A stretch of DNA of 64,000 bases from an uncultured Hormoscilla sp. (GTDB lineage Bacteria; Cyanobacteriota; Cyanobacteriia; Cyanobacteriales; Desertifilaceae), in NCBI GenBank assembly GCA_963921275.4, contig OZ001293.3:5664001-5728000 (forward strand), written 5' to 3'. The notes beneath the pieces were generated by a model. That model ran no database searches. It saw only the letters and a list, made by a program, of their open reading frames with translations, and was not told the DNA's origin. Of this stretch, positions 54,192-64,000 are shown piece by piece. The position numbers were made by a program, and so were the translations under genes. Positions within the stretch are counted from its first letter, which is position 1, and each line of letters starts with the position of its first letter.

Positions 54192-55313
54192 ATGATTAAA
54201 TCATCCCCAGCCCTCAAACGCAAGCTGTCCAAATTTGCCTTATTCTTTTTCCTGTGGACGATCGTGCCTCTAGTCAGCATCGAATTAATCATGATTATCC
54301 TAGATCCGTACCTATTCCGAGGGTTTTACCAGTACGACCCCGACATGGGATTTCGGGTGCGACCTCATACAAATGGCACCAACAAATTTGGCTTTAATGA
54401 CAAAGATTATCCCCTGGAAAAACCACTGGGCACCTTCCGGATCTTAATTCTTTCAGACTCCTTTAACTGGGCGGGTGGCAGAGAAGGAAATTACACGGCT
54501 TTACTGGAAAATAAATTTAACGCCGACTCGACACAGCCGCAAGTGGAAGTGATTAATGCTGGATATCCCATGACTCATACGGGAGAACAGTTTATCGCCC
54601 TGAAAAAGTATGGACTGCAATATAATCCGGATCTGGTCGTGCTGGGTTTCTTTGCTGGTAATGACTTTATCGATGCCGACCCCGAGCGCAAGCGAATTGT
54701 GGTGAATGATATATACATAGACATCGACAAGGGCAAAGAATTGAAAATTCTGGGCTACCCAATTATAGCTCAATCTCGACTGCTACTGTTCCTACAGCAA
54801 AAATATAAAGTTTTTCAAGAAATGCAGAGAGTCAATAGTGAAGCTAAAACAGCAGGAAAGGGCACTTTTTCAGAAGCAACATTCTTGAGCATAGAAAAAG
54901 CGAGAATGGAATTTTGTAACGAGTCATTACACGAGCGAGGAGTTTTTCGAGAAAATATAGATTTGATATTCCAAAGTATTGCCGAAATGTCGGACATTTT
55001 GAAAGCCAGTGATATAGACTTTATGGTCGCTATCTATCCGGACGAATTTCAGGTAAATGAAGAATTGACAAATAAAATTTTTACTACATACCAACTCGAT
55101 CGCAATCAATACGATCTGGATTTAATGCAAAAGCTTTTAAAAGATTTCTTGTCAAGCAAAGACATCCATCATATAGATATGCTCTCAGAGTTCCGAGTAG
55201 CAGAAAAGACCCAAGACCTGTATCTGTTACGAGACACTCACTGGAATGCAGCAGGAAATCAATTGGCAGCAAATATTCTGTTTGAAAATTTGAGAAATAC
55301 TGTCGAGAAATAA
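54192..55313 (+). CDS. SGNH/GDSL hydrolase-like membrane-anchored protein
   Basis: ILSDSF, INAG, GND and DTHWN blocks. Confidence 0.8.
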   Translation: MIKSSPALKRKLSKFALFFFLWTIVPLVSIELIMIILDPYLFRGFYQYDPDMGFRVRPHTNGTNKFGFNDKDYPLEKPLGTFRILILSDSFNWAGGREGNYTALLENKFNADSTQPQVEVINAGYPMTHTGEQFIALKKYGLQYNPDLVVLGFFAGNDFIDADPERKRIVVNDIYIDIDKGKELKILGYPIIAQSRLLLFLQQKYKVFQEMQRVNSEAKTAGKGTFSEATFLSIEKARMEFCNESLHERGVFRENIDLIFQSIAEMSDILKASDIDFMVAIYPDEFQVNEELTNKIFTTYQLDRNQYDLDLMQKLLKDFLSSKDIHHIDMLSEFRVAEKTQDLYLLRDTHWNAAGNQLAANILFENLRNTVEK

Positions 55314-55558
55314 GAGCAGGAACAGCAGCTTGCTAACGGCCTAAATGGCCTGGCCATTACCCCTGGGTCTGCTGGATCGTGTTTCCCGATCGAGTCGTGT
55401 AGAATACTTGTCAAATTTACCTTGCCGATAGTATAGTAAGAGATTGGCGACTTAAACTGATAACTAACTACTCCGTCGATAACTGGCGATCGCGTACTGT
55501 GGGCGGAACCGACATGGCTGCGCCACGCTGCGCGATCGGACCCCTGCAAGAGATAAAG

Positions 55559-57463
55559 ATGAAAGAACAAGACCAGCGGTTTGACTACGTAAAAATTGGC
55601 ATAGCCTCCTCAGATAGGATACGTAAATGGGGAGAGCGAACCCTGCCGAATGGGTCGGTAGTGGGAGAGGTAACGAAGCCTGAAACCATAAATTACAGAA
55701 CGCTCAAGCCAGAAATGGACGGGTTGTTCTGCGAGCGAATCTTTGGACCTTCAAAAGATTGGGAATGTTGGTGCGGAAAGTATAAAAGAGTACGCCACCG
55801 AGGAATTGTCTGCGAACGCTGCGGCGTGGAAGTCATAGAGTCCAAAGTGCGGCGTCATCGCATGGGCTATATCAAGCTAGCAGCGCCAGTAGCTCACGTG
55901 TGGTATCTCAAAGGCATTCCCAGCTACATGGCGATCCTGCTAGATATGCCTTTGCGGGACGTAGAGCAGATCGTCTATTTTAATTCCTACGTAGTGCTGA
56001 ATCCGGGCAACACCGTGGAGTTGCACAAGGAAGACGAAAAAATACCTGCACTGGCCTACAAGCAGTTGCTGACTGAAGACCAGTGGATGGAAATAGAGGA
56101 TCAGCTCTACAACGAAGAGTCTACCATGATCGGTGTAGAGGTGGGCATTGGTGCTGAAGCCATGCAACGCCTACTTGCCAACGTGCCCTTGGAAGCAGAA
56201 GCAGAACAACTACGAGAGGAAATTGCTGCTTCTAAGGGACAGAAGCGAGCCAAACTGATTAAGCGTTTGCGGGTGATTGATAATTTCGTCGCCACGAACT
56301 CTAAACCAGAGTGGATGATCCTGGACATACTGCCAGTCATTCCCCCAGACTTGCGCCCCATGGTACAGTTGGATGGGGGTCGCTTTGCCACCTCTGACTT
56401 GAATGACCTCTATCGCCGGGTGATTAACCGCAATAATCGACTGGCGCGGTTGCAGGAAATCCTGGCACCGGAAATTATTGTCCGCAACGAAAAGCGGATG
56501 CTTCAAGAAGCAGTTGATGCTCTGATAGATAATGGTCGTCGCGGACGGACTGTGGTAGGGGCTAACAATCGTCCTCTCAAGTCCCTATCTGACATCATCG
56601 AAGGCAAGCAGGGTCGTTTCCGGCAAAACCTGTTGGGGAAACGGGTTGATTACTCCGGTCGTAGCGTGATTGTCGTGGGACCGCAGTTGCAAATCCACCA
56701 GTGCGGTTTGCCCCGGGAAATGGCAATTGAACTGTTTCAACCTTTCGTGATCCACCACCTGATTCACCGGGGACTGGTGAATAACATCAAGGCAGCAAAA
56801 AAGTTGATTCAGCGAGGCGACCCTCATATTTGGGATGTATTGGAGGAAGTGATTGACGGCCATCCGGTGCTGCTCAACCGGGCACCAACCTTACACCGCT
56901 TGGGAATTCAAGCCTTTGAACCGATATTAGTGGAGGGTCGGGCGATTCAATTGCATCCCTTGGTCTGTCCTGCTTTTAATGCTGACTTTGATGGAGACCA
57001 GATGGCGGTACATGTACCCCTGTCTCTGGAATCCCAGGCAGAAGCCCGACTGCTGATGATGGCTTCTAATAATATTATGTCTCCTGCTACAGGTCGCCCG
57101 ATCGTCGCCCCCAGTCAGGATATGGTCTTGGGATGCTATTACCTTACTGCTGATAACCCCAATCCCCAAAAAGGCGCTGGCACTTATTTCGCCAACCTCA
57201 CAGACGCGATCGTCGCCTATGAGCAGGATCGGGTACACCTGCACGCTTATGTCTGGGTGCGCTATGACGGTGAGGTGGAAACTGCAACCCCCGACAATGA
57301 AGTTGTCTCTCAAGAAATCTCAGCGGATGGCACGGTAACCAAATTATACCGGGAGCGCCGGGTGCGGGAAACTGCGGATGGAGAGATGATTTCCCAGTAC
57401 ATCCGCACCACTCCTGGTCGGATTATTTACAACAAAACCATAATGGATGTGCTCATGGCCTAA
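55559..57463 (+). CDS. rpoC1: RNA polymerase gamma subunit
   Basis: [10 protein letters not shown], zinc finger and NADFDGD; ends [10 protein letters not shown]. Confidence 0.98.
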   Translation: MKEQDQRFDYVKIGIASSDRIRKWGERTLPNGSVVGEVTKPETINYRTLKPEMDGLFCERIFGPSKDWECWCGKYKRVRHRGIVCERCGVEVIESKVRRHRMGYIKLAAPVAHVWYLKGIPSYMAILLDMPLRDVEQIVYFNSYVVLNPGNTVELHKEDEKIPALAYKQLLTEDQWMEIEDQLYNEESTMIGVEVGIGAEAMQRLLANVPLEAEAEQLREEIAASKGQKRAKLIKRLRVIDNFVATNSKPEWMILDILPVIPPDLRPMVQLDGGRFATSDLNDLYRRVINRNNRLARLQEILAPEIIVRNEKRMLQEAVDALIDNGRRGRTVVGANNRPLKSLSDIIEGKQGRFRQNLLGKRVDYSGRSVIVVGPQLQIHQCGLPREMAIELFQPFVIHHLIHRGLVNNIKAAKKLIQRGDPHIWDVLEEVIDGHPVLLNRAPTLHRLGIQAFEPILVEGRAIQLHPLVCPAFNADFDGDQMAVHVPLSLESQAEARLLMMASNNIMSPATGRPIVAPSQDMVLGCYYLTADNPNPQKGAGTYFANLTDAIVAYEQDRVHLHAYVWVRYDGEVETATPDNEVVSQEISADGTVTKLYRERRVRETADGEMISQYIRTTPGRIIYNKTIMDVLMA

Positions 57464-57500
57464 ACTGACAAGGACTGCGTACTGCCATGAATTAAGAAAC

Positions 57501-57642
57501 GATGTCTATTGGGTAGTGCGACTACGATGTCTCCCCCACGTTCCCACGGCTCTGCCTGGGAACGTGGGATTAGCCCATGGGCTGCGCCACAGGCTACCGG
57601 TCCTACGCAATCCCCGGAGACATCGAGATCCCAAGAGACATC
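57501..57642. repeat. Nested hairpin composite downstream of rpoC1
   Basis: GATGTCTATTGGG-TAGTGCGACTA[CGATGTCTCC...GTTCCCACGGCTCTGCCTGGGAAC...GGAGACATCG]AGAT-CCCAAGAGACATC. Confidence 0.75.
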
Positions 57643-57804
57643 CCAGGTTTTGCCCAAAAACCTGGTTTCTGGGCAAAAGAGTGAAACCAGAGAGCAGCAA
57701 AAATGAGATACACCCAACCCCGCTGACTGTCCGAAGGGACAGTCAGCGGGGTTGGAAGTGGCAATTGTCAAATCTATTGCGTTGTTTTCTTGTTTCCTGT
57801 AAAA

Positions 57805-57826
57805 TGATAATGATTCTTATTCTCAT
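57805..57826. promoter_or_regulatory. Putative Zur box
   Basis: TGATAATGATTCTTA(TTCTCA) resembles the 7-1-7 TGATAATNATTATCA consensus; upstream of znuA. Confidence 0.6.
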
Positions 57827-57894
57827 GGGTTCTCAGTCCCCTAACCCCAAGGCGGACGCGATTACTCCCAGCAAAGAAAAAGAGCATATATCAT

Positions 57895-58917
57895 ATGATG
57901 AGGAATTTGTCAATGGTCAAAAAACTGCTCAAGCAGCGCCGGTACTTGTTCACCTTGCTAGCATTTCTGGCTAGCATTTCCTTGATTAATATTTCCTTGA
58001 CTAATGTCGCGTCCAGGGCTCAGAGTGGCGCTCCCAAAATAGTAGCCACGTTCCTGCCCATATATATGTTTACTAGGGCGGTAGCCGGTGAGGAAGCTCA
58101 AGTAGAGATTTTAATTCCACCGGGAGTAGAGGTTCACGATTACCAGGCGACGCCAGGGAATGTCCGCACTGTTGCTCTAGCTGATGTGTTGGTGATGAAT
58201 GGCTTGGATATGGAAGAATTCTTGAAAGGGTTGGTAGAAAATACTGGTAACCGGAGGCTGAAGGAAATTGATGCTAGCACGGGGATAGAACCTCTCAAAG
58301 ACGACGACGATGACCACGACGATGACCACGACGATGACCATGACGATGATGACCATGATGACCACGATGACGACCACGATGATGACCATGATGACGATCG
58401 CGACGGTCACGATCACGCAGAGGGAAACCCTCATGTTTGGCTAGATCCGGTATTAGCACAACAGCAAGTGGCAAACATTCGGGATGGTTTAATTGCCGCA
58501 GACCCTGTCAATGCTCAAACCTATCGGGATAATGCAGAAGCTTATATTCGACAACTTCAAAAGATCGATCGGGAATTTGAGGGCAGTCAACTAGGCGGTT
58601 GTAGGTTTATTACCTTCCACGATGCATACCCTTACCTGGCCAAACGCTACGGGTTGGAACAAATGGCAGTAGTAGAATTGCCAGAAGACAATCTCACCCC
58701 GAGAGATTTGCAGCGAGTTATAGCAGCAGCGAGGGAATTTCAAGTTAAAGCCTTACTTTCCGATAGCGTTGAAGATCGCCGAATCCAGCAGATAGCCAAA
58801 CAGGTGGGGGTGCCAGTAAAAATTTTAAACCCCATAGAGTCCGGACCTGCTGACCCGCAATATTACTTTCAAGCCATGAGGGAAAATCTGCAAACTTTGG
58901 AGACAGTCTGCCGGTGA
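57895..58917 (+). CDS. znuA: Zn/Mn ABC transporter substrate-binding protein
   Basis: EVHDYQATP, His/Asp-rich loop, NPHVWLDP and FHDAY motifs. Confidence 0.88.
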   Translation: MMRNLSMVKKLLKQRRYLFTLLAFLASISLINISLTNVASRAQSGAPKIVATFLPIYMFTRAVAGEEAQVEILIPPGVEVHDYQATPGNVRTVALADVLVMNGLDMEEFLKGLVENTGNRRLKEIDASTGIEPLKDDDDDHDDDHDDDHDDDDHDDHDDDHDDDHDDDRDGHDHAEGNPHVWLDPVLAQQQVANIRDGLIAADPVNAQTYRDNAEAYIRQLQKIDREFEGSQLGGCRFITFHDAYPYLAKRYGLEQMAVVELPEDNLTPRDLQRVIAAAREFQVKALLSDSVEDRRIQQIAKQVGVPVKILNPIESGPADPQYYFQAMRENLQTLETVCR

Positions 58918-59726
58918 TTAATTCTTTATGTGCTGGGGAACCACCCGTAGTCAAGGTCTCTAACCTGACAATCTATCGCGGTGAATATACAGCCGTCGAA
59001 TCGGTGTCATTCCAGTTATCATCTGGCACGAATACCGCGATCGTCGGTCCCAATGGCGCGGGAAAAAGTACTCTAATTCAGGCTATTTTAGGTTTGAGAG
59101 AACATCAAGCTGGAAAAATTAAAATCTTTGGACATCAGATCAAAAAATTGGGGAAACTTTGGCATAGTATTGGCTATATTCCCCAAAAATTGCCCTTTGA
59201 TCGCAGCTTTCCCCTGTCCGTAGCAGAGTTAGTGAGTTTAGGATACCATCATCAGCGCGGATTTCTGGGATTTGGCAAATCAAGAAAGCGCCAAGCTGTA
59301 GAATATGTCTTAGAACAAGTTAATCTGCAAAACCGGGCCCATCAGCGGATTGGCGTTCTCAGTGGCGGCGAACTCAAACGAGTGCTGTTAGCCTATTGCT
59401 TGGTCGTTCCTCGCCGTCTGTTGGTGTTGGATGAAGCGATGGCCGGTGTAGATGCCACCGGAGAAGCTGAATTTGCCGATCTCCTGGCCAAACTGCAACA
59501 AGAACAAGCTTGGACTATTCTCCAAGTTTCCCATGATTTAGACATGGTCAGTCGCTACTGCGATCGGGTAATATGTATGAATCGCCGTTTGCTGTGTCAA
59601 GGTGTACCGAGTATCGCCCTAAGTACAGAAAATATCAACAGGATCTACGGTTCAACTCTCACGCGCTATTTTCATCAACATGAATGTTTCCGATTTTTCC
59701 GGAACGGTGTGGGTAAGTCTATTTAG
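58914..59726 (+). CDS. znuC: Zn/Mn ABC transporter ATPase
   Basis: GPNGAGKST, IGYIPQK, LSGGE and VSHDL motifs. Confidence 0.88.
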   Translation: MINSLCAGEPPVVKVSNLTIYRGEYTAVESVSFQLSSGTNTAIVGPNGAGKSTLIQAILGLREHQAGKIKIFGHQIKKLGKLWHSIGYIPQKLPFDRSFPLSVAELVSLGYHHQRGFLGFGKSRKRQAVEYVLEQVNLQNRAHQRIGVLSGGELKRVLLAYCLVVPRRLLVLDEAMAGVDATGEAEFADLLAKLQQEQAWTILQVSHDLDMVSRYCDRVICMNRRLLCQGVPSIALSTENINRIYGSTLTRYFHQHECFRFFRNGVGKSI

Positions 59727-60507
59727 CTTACCATTTATGCAACGGGCTGTAGCTGGGGGTGTCCTCCTCGGAATTCTGGGGGGAATCTTCGGCAGCTTTG
59801 TAATTTTACGCAGGTTATCTTTATTTGGCAATGCTTTAGGTCATGCGGCTTTTTTAGGGGTGGTCATGGCTGCTTTATTAGAGTTGCCCCCAACTGCTTC
59901 ACTGATAGGATTTATTGTCGCCTCAGGGCTAGCAGTAGTTTACCTGATCGATCGGACGGATTTAGGCAGCGATACGATATTAAGTATTGTGGTGGCGGGT
60001 TCCGTGGCCCTGGGGACGATCGGGTTTAGTTTCTTGAAAGGATACCGAGGCAATCTTTTATCTGCTCTCTTTGGTGATATTCTGGCAATTAGTAGTACGG
60101 ATTTAATCTTATTAGCACTGCTGCTGGGGATAACTGTAGCAGGGTTAATCTTGACTTTCCCCGAACAAGTTATGCTGACTCTCAATTCTGATTTGGCACG
60201 AATGCAGGGAATTCCGGTGCAATGGTATCGGTATTTGTTTATTGTTCTCCTCTCAGGGACGATCGCCTTAACCATTCGGGCCGTTGGCATACTATTGGTA
60301 AATGCTTTTTTAGTGATTCCCGCAGCGACGGCAAAGTTGCTGTGTCATCAATTTGTGCCTTTTCTGGCAATGGCCGCCTGTATTGGTGCCCTGAGTGGGG
60401 CGATCGGGATGGTAGTATCTGGCAGTTTAGACTTACCTTCCGGACCGAGTATTGTCTTAGTGCAATTAGTAGGATTTTTGGGCGCGGCCTGCTTCAAAAG
60501 ATTGTGA
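59680..60507 (+). CDS. znuB: Zn/Mn ABC transporter permease
   Basis: LPFMQRA, ALGH, LFGDIL, VIPAATA and DLPSGP motifs. Confidence 0.88.
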   Translation: MNVSDFSGTVWVSLFSLPFMQRAVAGGVLLGILGGIFGSFVILRRLSLFGNALGHAAFLGVVMAALLELPPTASLIGFIVASGLAVVYLIDRTDLGSDTILSIVVAGSVALGTIGFSFLKGYRGNLLSALFGDILAISSTDLILLALLLGITVAGLILTFPEQVMLTLNSDLARMQGIPVQWYRYLFIVLLSGTIALTIRAVGILLVNAFLVIPAATAKLLCHQFVPFLAMAACIGALSGAIGMVVSGSLDLPSGPSIVLVQLVGFLGAACFKRL

Positions 60508-60718
60508 GGCCGCCCGATGAGGGTTGACTTGAGCAAGTGTTTCCTGCCAGACTAATTGCTACACGGATATCAGTGTATTACTGTCAGCCAAATAATTTCC
60601 GTATAATTAGTTTGTATCCCCCCATGACGATACATCTACTTACGTATAAAATGAGTATCTGTTGGAAAAATTAGATCGGCACAAAAAATTTTTCTAATTT
60701 TATCAAATCCAAGCACTA

Positions 60719-61618
60719 CTAGGGCGTGTCATCAGTTAAGCCAAACAACAGTAGCAGCCAGGTAGATAGCACCCAAGAAATTCTGAGCCCTCTTATCGTA
60801 ACGGGTGGCAATGGCTCGATATTGCTTGAGTTTGGCAAAAAAATTCTCAATCAAATGACGTGCTTTGTATAGATATTTGTCATAACGGCGTTGTTCTTTT
60901 CGATTGGATTTAGGCGGAATCACAGGTTCGCATTGCTGGGCTTCAAGACGTTTCAAAACCCTTCGTCAGCATCAGAAGCTTTGTCTGCGAGTAACGCATC
61001 AGCCTTAATATTATCAAGTAACACATCAGCCCCTTCCAAATCGTGAGCTTGACCGGCTGTTAAATGAAAACCCGTTGGGTTCCCCAATGCGTCACAGGTC
61101 GCGTGAATTTTGGTACTCAAACCCCCTTTACGGCGTCCGATGGCTTGGTCGCAATCTTTTTTTTGAGCACCTGCACTATGTTGATGAGCCCTTTATATCG
61201 TGGCATCAATCATCGCATATTCGTTATCGGCATCGGACGCAAGTACCTTGAATACTCTTTCCCATACCCCGGATTTTGACCACCTACTATGGCGCGTATG
61301 AATTACCCTCAAGTCCCCAAATCGCTCGGGTAAGTCCCGCCAAGGTATCCCAGCTCTATATCGATACAAGACAGCATAGACAAATAAGCGGTTATCCTTA
61401 GCTGTCCCCCCCACATAACCCTCCCGACCTGGCAATAGGTCCCTGATTCTCTCCCACTGGTCATCTCTTAAAGCATAGCGACGCATTTCTCAAATTCTCC
61501 TGCTCTAACCTTTACCCTCTTAGATCACACCAATATATCCTGGTTGTCAACTCAATCATCTTGTTATATATTTTTGGTGGGGACCCATATCGTTAATCTA
61601 ACTGATGACACGCCCTAG
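60719..61618 (-). mobile_element. IS5-family (IS427-like) element, transposase pseudogene
   Basis: Perfect 20-bp terminal IR CTAGGGCGTGTCATCAGTTA; MRRYALRDDQW, YKARHLIENFFAKLKQYRAIATRYDK; in-frame TAA at 61193 and frameshift near 60961. Confidence 0.93.
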
Positions 61619-62058
61619 AATAATTTTTTATTAATCGCTTTGGGAAAGTAATTTATCGGACTTTCTTTAAATCATATAGAGAAAGAGTATGGGGAATTCC
61701 CTGTCATCAAATAAGTGCGGAGTGGGGTGCTCAGCGAGTTAAAGGATTGTCTATTTCAAAAGCTATTAAACACAATCTTAAAAAGATATTACGATTGAAC
61801 TCTCGCTCCCTATCACAGAAGAATGTAGAAACTTCTTTGATTGAACGCTTCCTGTATCCTAAATACGGTACTCGCGACTTGAAGCCAAAATTTGTTGCAG
61901 AAACCCTGTTTCTTGTCCCGTGGGGAGATCGGCTGCTGGCCAGAAACCGGGTTTCTTCTAAAAGGAACGATCGGGTGGCGATCGTTGTGTGACCAGCAAT
62001 TATTACTGTCAAATTTCCACAGATGAAGATAGCGATCGCCGATCGGCGATCGCTGACA

Positions 62059-62226
62059 CTAAGCATGGCACTCACAACCAGCATGGCCACAGCCAGCACC
62101 ATTGGGATGACCGTCGGCACAGACATCGGAGCAGTAGTATTTGTCGTTTTTCTTCATCGCTGCCTCAATGTCAACCACACACAGGCAAGAATCACAGGTA
62201 CATTTCATTTGGGTTACCGTACTCAT
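62059..62226 (-). CDS. smtA: Bacterial metallothionein (55 aa, below ORF-track cutoff)
   Basis: MSTVTQMKCTCDSCLCVV...YYCSDVCADGHPNGAGCGHAGCECHA. Confidence 0.95.
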   Translation of the reverse strand: MSTVTQMKCTCDSCLCVVDIEAAMKKNDKYYCSDVCADGHPNGAGCGHAGCECHA

Positions 62227-62264
62227 CGTTGTTTCCTCAATCTGTTCTTATCTTTAATCTAACC

Positions 62265-62282
62265 CATTAACAGCAGTTCATG
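62265..62282. promoter_or_regulatory. Possible SmtB/ArsR operator
   Basis: Minus strand CATGAACTGCTGTTAATG resembles TGAACA-N2-TRTTCA, upstream of smtA. Confidence 0.35.
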
Positions 62283-62621
62283 TGTATGTTTATATTTTCT
62301 TAAACATTCAGTTGCCAGTCACCTCCCGCAGAGAGAATTAGAATCATTCTTATTCTGCTAGACAGATGATTATTGGTTATTGGTTAATTTACCATTTTCA
62401 ATTTGCAATTTATCAATACCCCAGTATAAATCCATTTGGCTTGTGGTCGAACGGGCATTGCGCAAGCCGTACTAGTGCGACTGGCTGGCCACCGAGTGGA
62501 TGAGGTAGAAATCGCGAGATTGCCAATCCTAGCGTCAGCGTGTTATGTGCAGATGAAAATAGAAACAATAATTTTCCCTCCCCCGCACCCGGTACTCAGC
62601 AATCTTTGCAAGTGCTAAGGT

Positions 62622-62987
62622 TTGGTGATTCCGGCGCACGACCGAAGGCTTATTTGCACACGCTACGCTGCGCTGCACGCCGATGAAATTCCACCGCTGC
62701 TAGTCCTGCACAAGCTCGTGCCATTGCTCGAACAAGCCGAACGGGACGACGCAGTAACCGGTGAAGTGGTGGTAGTGCCAGTCGCAAACCCAATTGGTAG
62801 CGATCAATATTTATTCGGCATTCATCAGGGACGCTATGCTCAGGGTAGCGGATTGAACTTCAATCGTCGCTATCCGAACCTCGTCGAGGCGATTCCTGGC
62901 CACACGGCCAGGAATCTCTCAAAGGATGCCGCGAGTAATGTGGCGCTGATTCGGGATGCAGCACTTAGGGAACTCTGGCAACAATAA
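62622..62987 (+). pseudogene. M14 succinylglutamate desuccinylase/aspartoacylase fragment
   Basis: LHADE, VPVANPIG and NFNR motifs; C-terminal part absent. Confidence 0.7.
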
Positions 62988-63101
62988 TCTTTAATCCATC
63001 GCTGAGGATAACAGTTCCCAGACAGGCAATTAAAAATGTCGATGCTGACTGTCGGTAACTTTGCCACCAGAGAATGCTAATAGTCGCGATCGCTACAACT
63101 A

Positions 63102-63311
63102 TCAACACTTCAATTGTGTGACAGTCAGCATTACTCCATCCAGAATTTGATTAGCTCGATCGTGGATCCACAGTAGCAATGCCGACTCTATAGCAAAGGT
63201 TGGTTGCTGCCACACCCCCGTTAATATTTTCCCTAACACCCAAAGGGTGATCGCGCTACTGAGTAATCCCCCTATTCTCACAATTGATAGGCGCAATGGT
63301 TGTTGCCACAT
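63102..63311 (-). pseudogene. PAP2 phosphatase N-terminal fragment
   Basis: FAIESALLLWIH...LDGVMLTVTQL, then stop. Confidence 0.5.
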
Positions 63312-63336
63312 TGTGAATTACAAATTGTGATTATCT

Positions 63337-63790
63337 TTAGCCTTTGAATGAATTAACCACCTCTTGCAGAGTAGCTTCCATTCCGTTGCCCAAAGCTCTA
63401 AACTTCCATTCTCCCTTATCTCTGTAAACTTCTCCCATTAACATAGCAGTTTTACCATCATACTCAGCATCACCCGACAAACTATATTTAGCAATTTCCC
63501 TGCCCTTGGCATCGATCGCTCTCACAAAAGCATTTTTGACCATCCCAAAATGCTGTTTCCGGTCTTTCGCCTGATAAATATTTACCCCCAGAACAATTTT
63601 CTGATATTTTTCCGGTATTTCTCTTTGAGAACTATTTGTTCGTCATCCCCTGCTCCCTCTCCTGTAAGATTATCTCCTGAATGAACTACCGTGCGATCGC
63701 CAGATCGCAAATGCCCATAATATATCACATCTTCTTGTTCGTGGTGACGATGCTTACAGGGATTTGCTTGTTCTAACCATGAACCTCTTT
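63337..63790 (-). pseudogene. TerD family stress protein, frameshifted and truncated
   Basis: VVHSGDNLTGEGAGDDEQI, QHFGMVKNAFVR and GEVYRDKGEWKFRALG. Confidence 0.8.
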
Positions 63791-63842
63791 CCGATCGCGC
63801 AGCGTGGCGCAGCCATGCGGCGTCAGTCCCTGGGCTGAGACC

Positions 63843-64000
63843 TTATCCTTCATTTAAGTCCTTGCTCCACACCACGGCGATGTGGCTCCGCAGCACCTCA
63901 CGCGGTCGCCCCCGCACCTGGGGAAGGGGAATTTAACCCCCATGATGACCAGAGTTATCTGGCTAATGGAACCAGACCCGACTTTCACCATTACTGGTTT
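63843..64000 (-). mobile_element. 5' (DI) fragment of the same group II intron family as the ORF-less copies, running off the window
   Basis: Reverse complement aligns with roughly 28887-29050 (GGTGAAAGTCGGGTCTGG...CATGGGGGTTAAATTCCC...GGACTTAAATG). Confidence 0.8.

Noticed and set aside
57447..57974. 175-aa ORF after rpoC1 as an rpoC2 fragment
   Set aside because: It translates repeat-composite DNA and shows no resemblance to RpoC2.

Overview
Cyanobacterial chromosome segment, probably from a filamentous lineage. The phylum call rests on psbK, psaM, a gamma-type rpoC1, very dense HIP1 GCGATCGC octamers and heptamer STRR repeats. A housekeeping backbone (tgt-psbK, psaM, phoU, rnr-ubiX-lapA-aroK-argB-TPR-DUF3153-argF, comF, rsmI, rpoC1, znuACB, smtA) is interleaved with many pseudogenes, dead IS630/IS5 copies, toxin-antitoxin relics and group II introns. 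The introns comprise two complete RT-HNH-encoding copies, two complete ORF-less copies and two fragments; each complete copy has its own EBS1 matching its own insertion site. The most unusual signal is a set of 40-140 bp hairpin micro-elements with GATGTC...GACATC-type ends and family-specific loops. Their stems differ between copies yet stay complementary, they nest up to four deep, and they sit in frame inside intact-looking genes (aroK, comF, a PEP-synthase-like gene, a PMT-type glycosyltransferase). The genome erosion and a plant-type LRR/cadherin gene fit a host-associated lineage, but that is inference. Family names come from motif recognition only; no searches were run.
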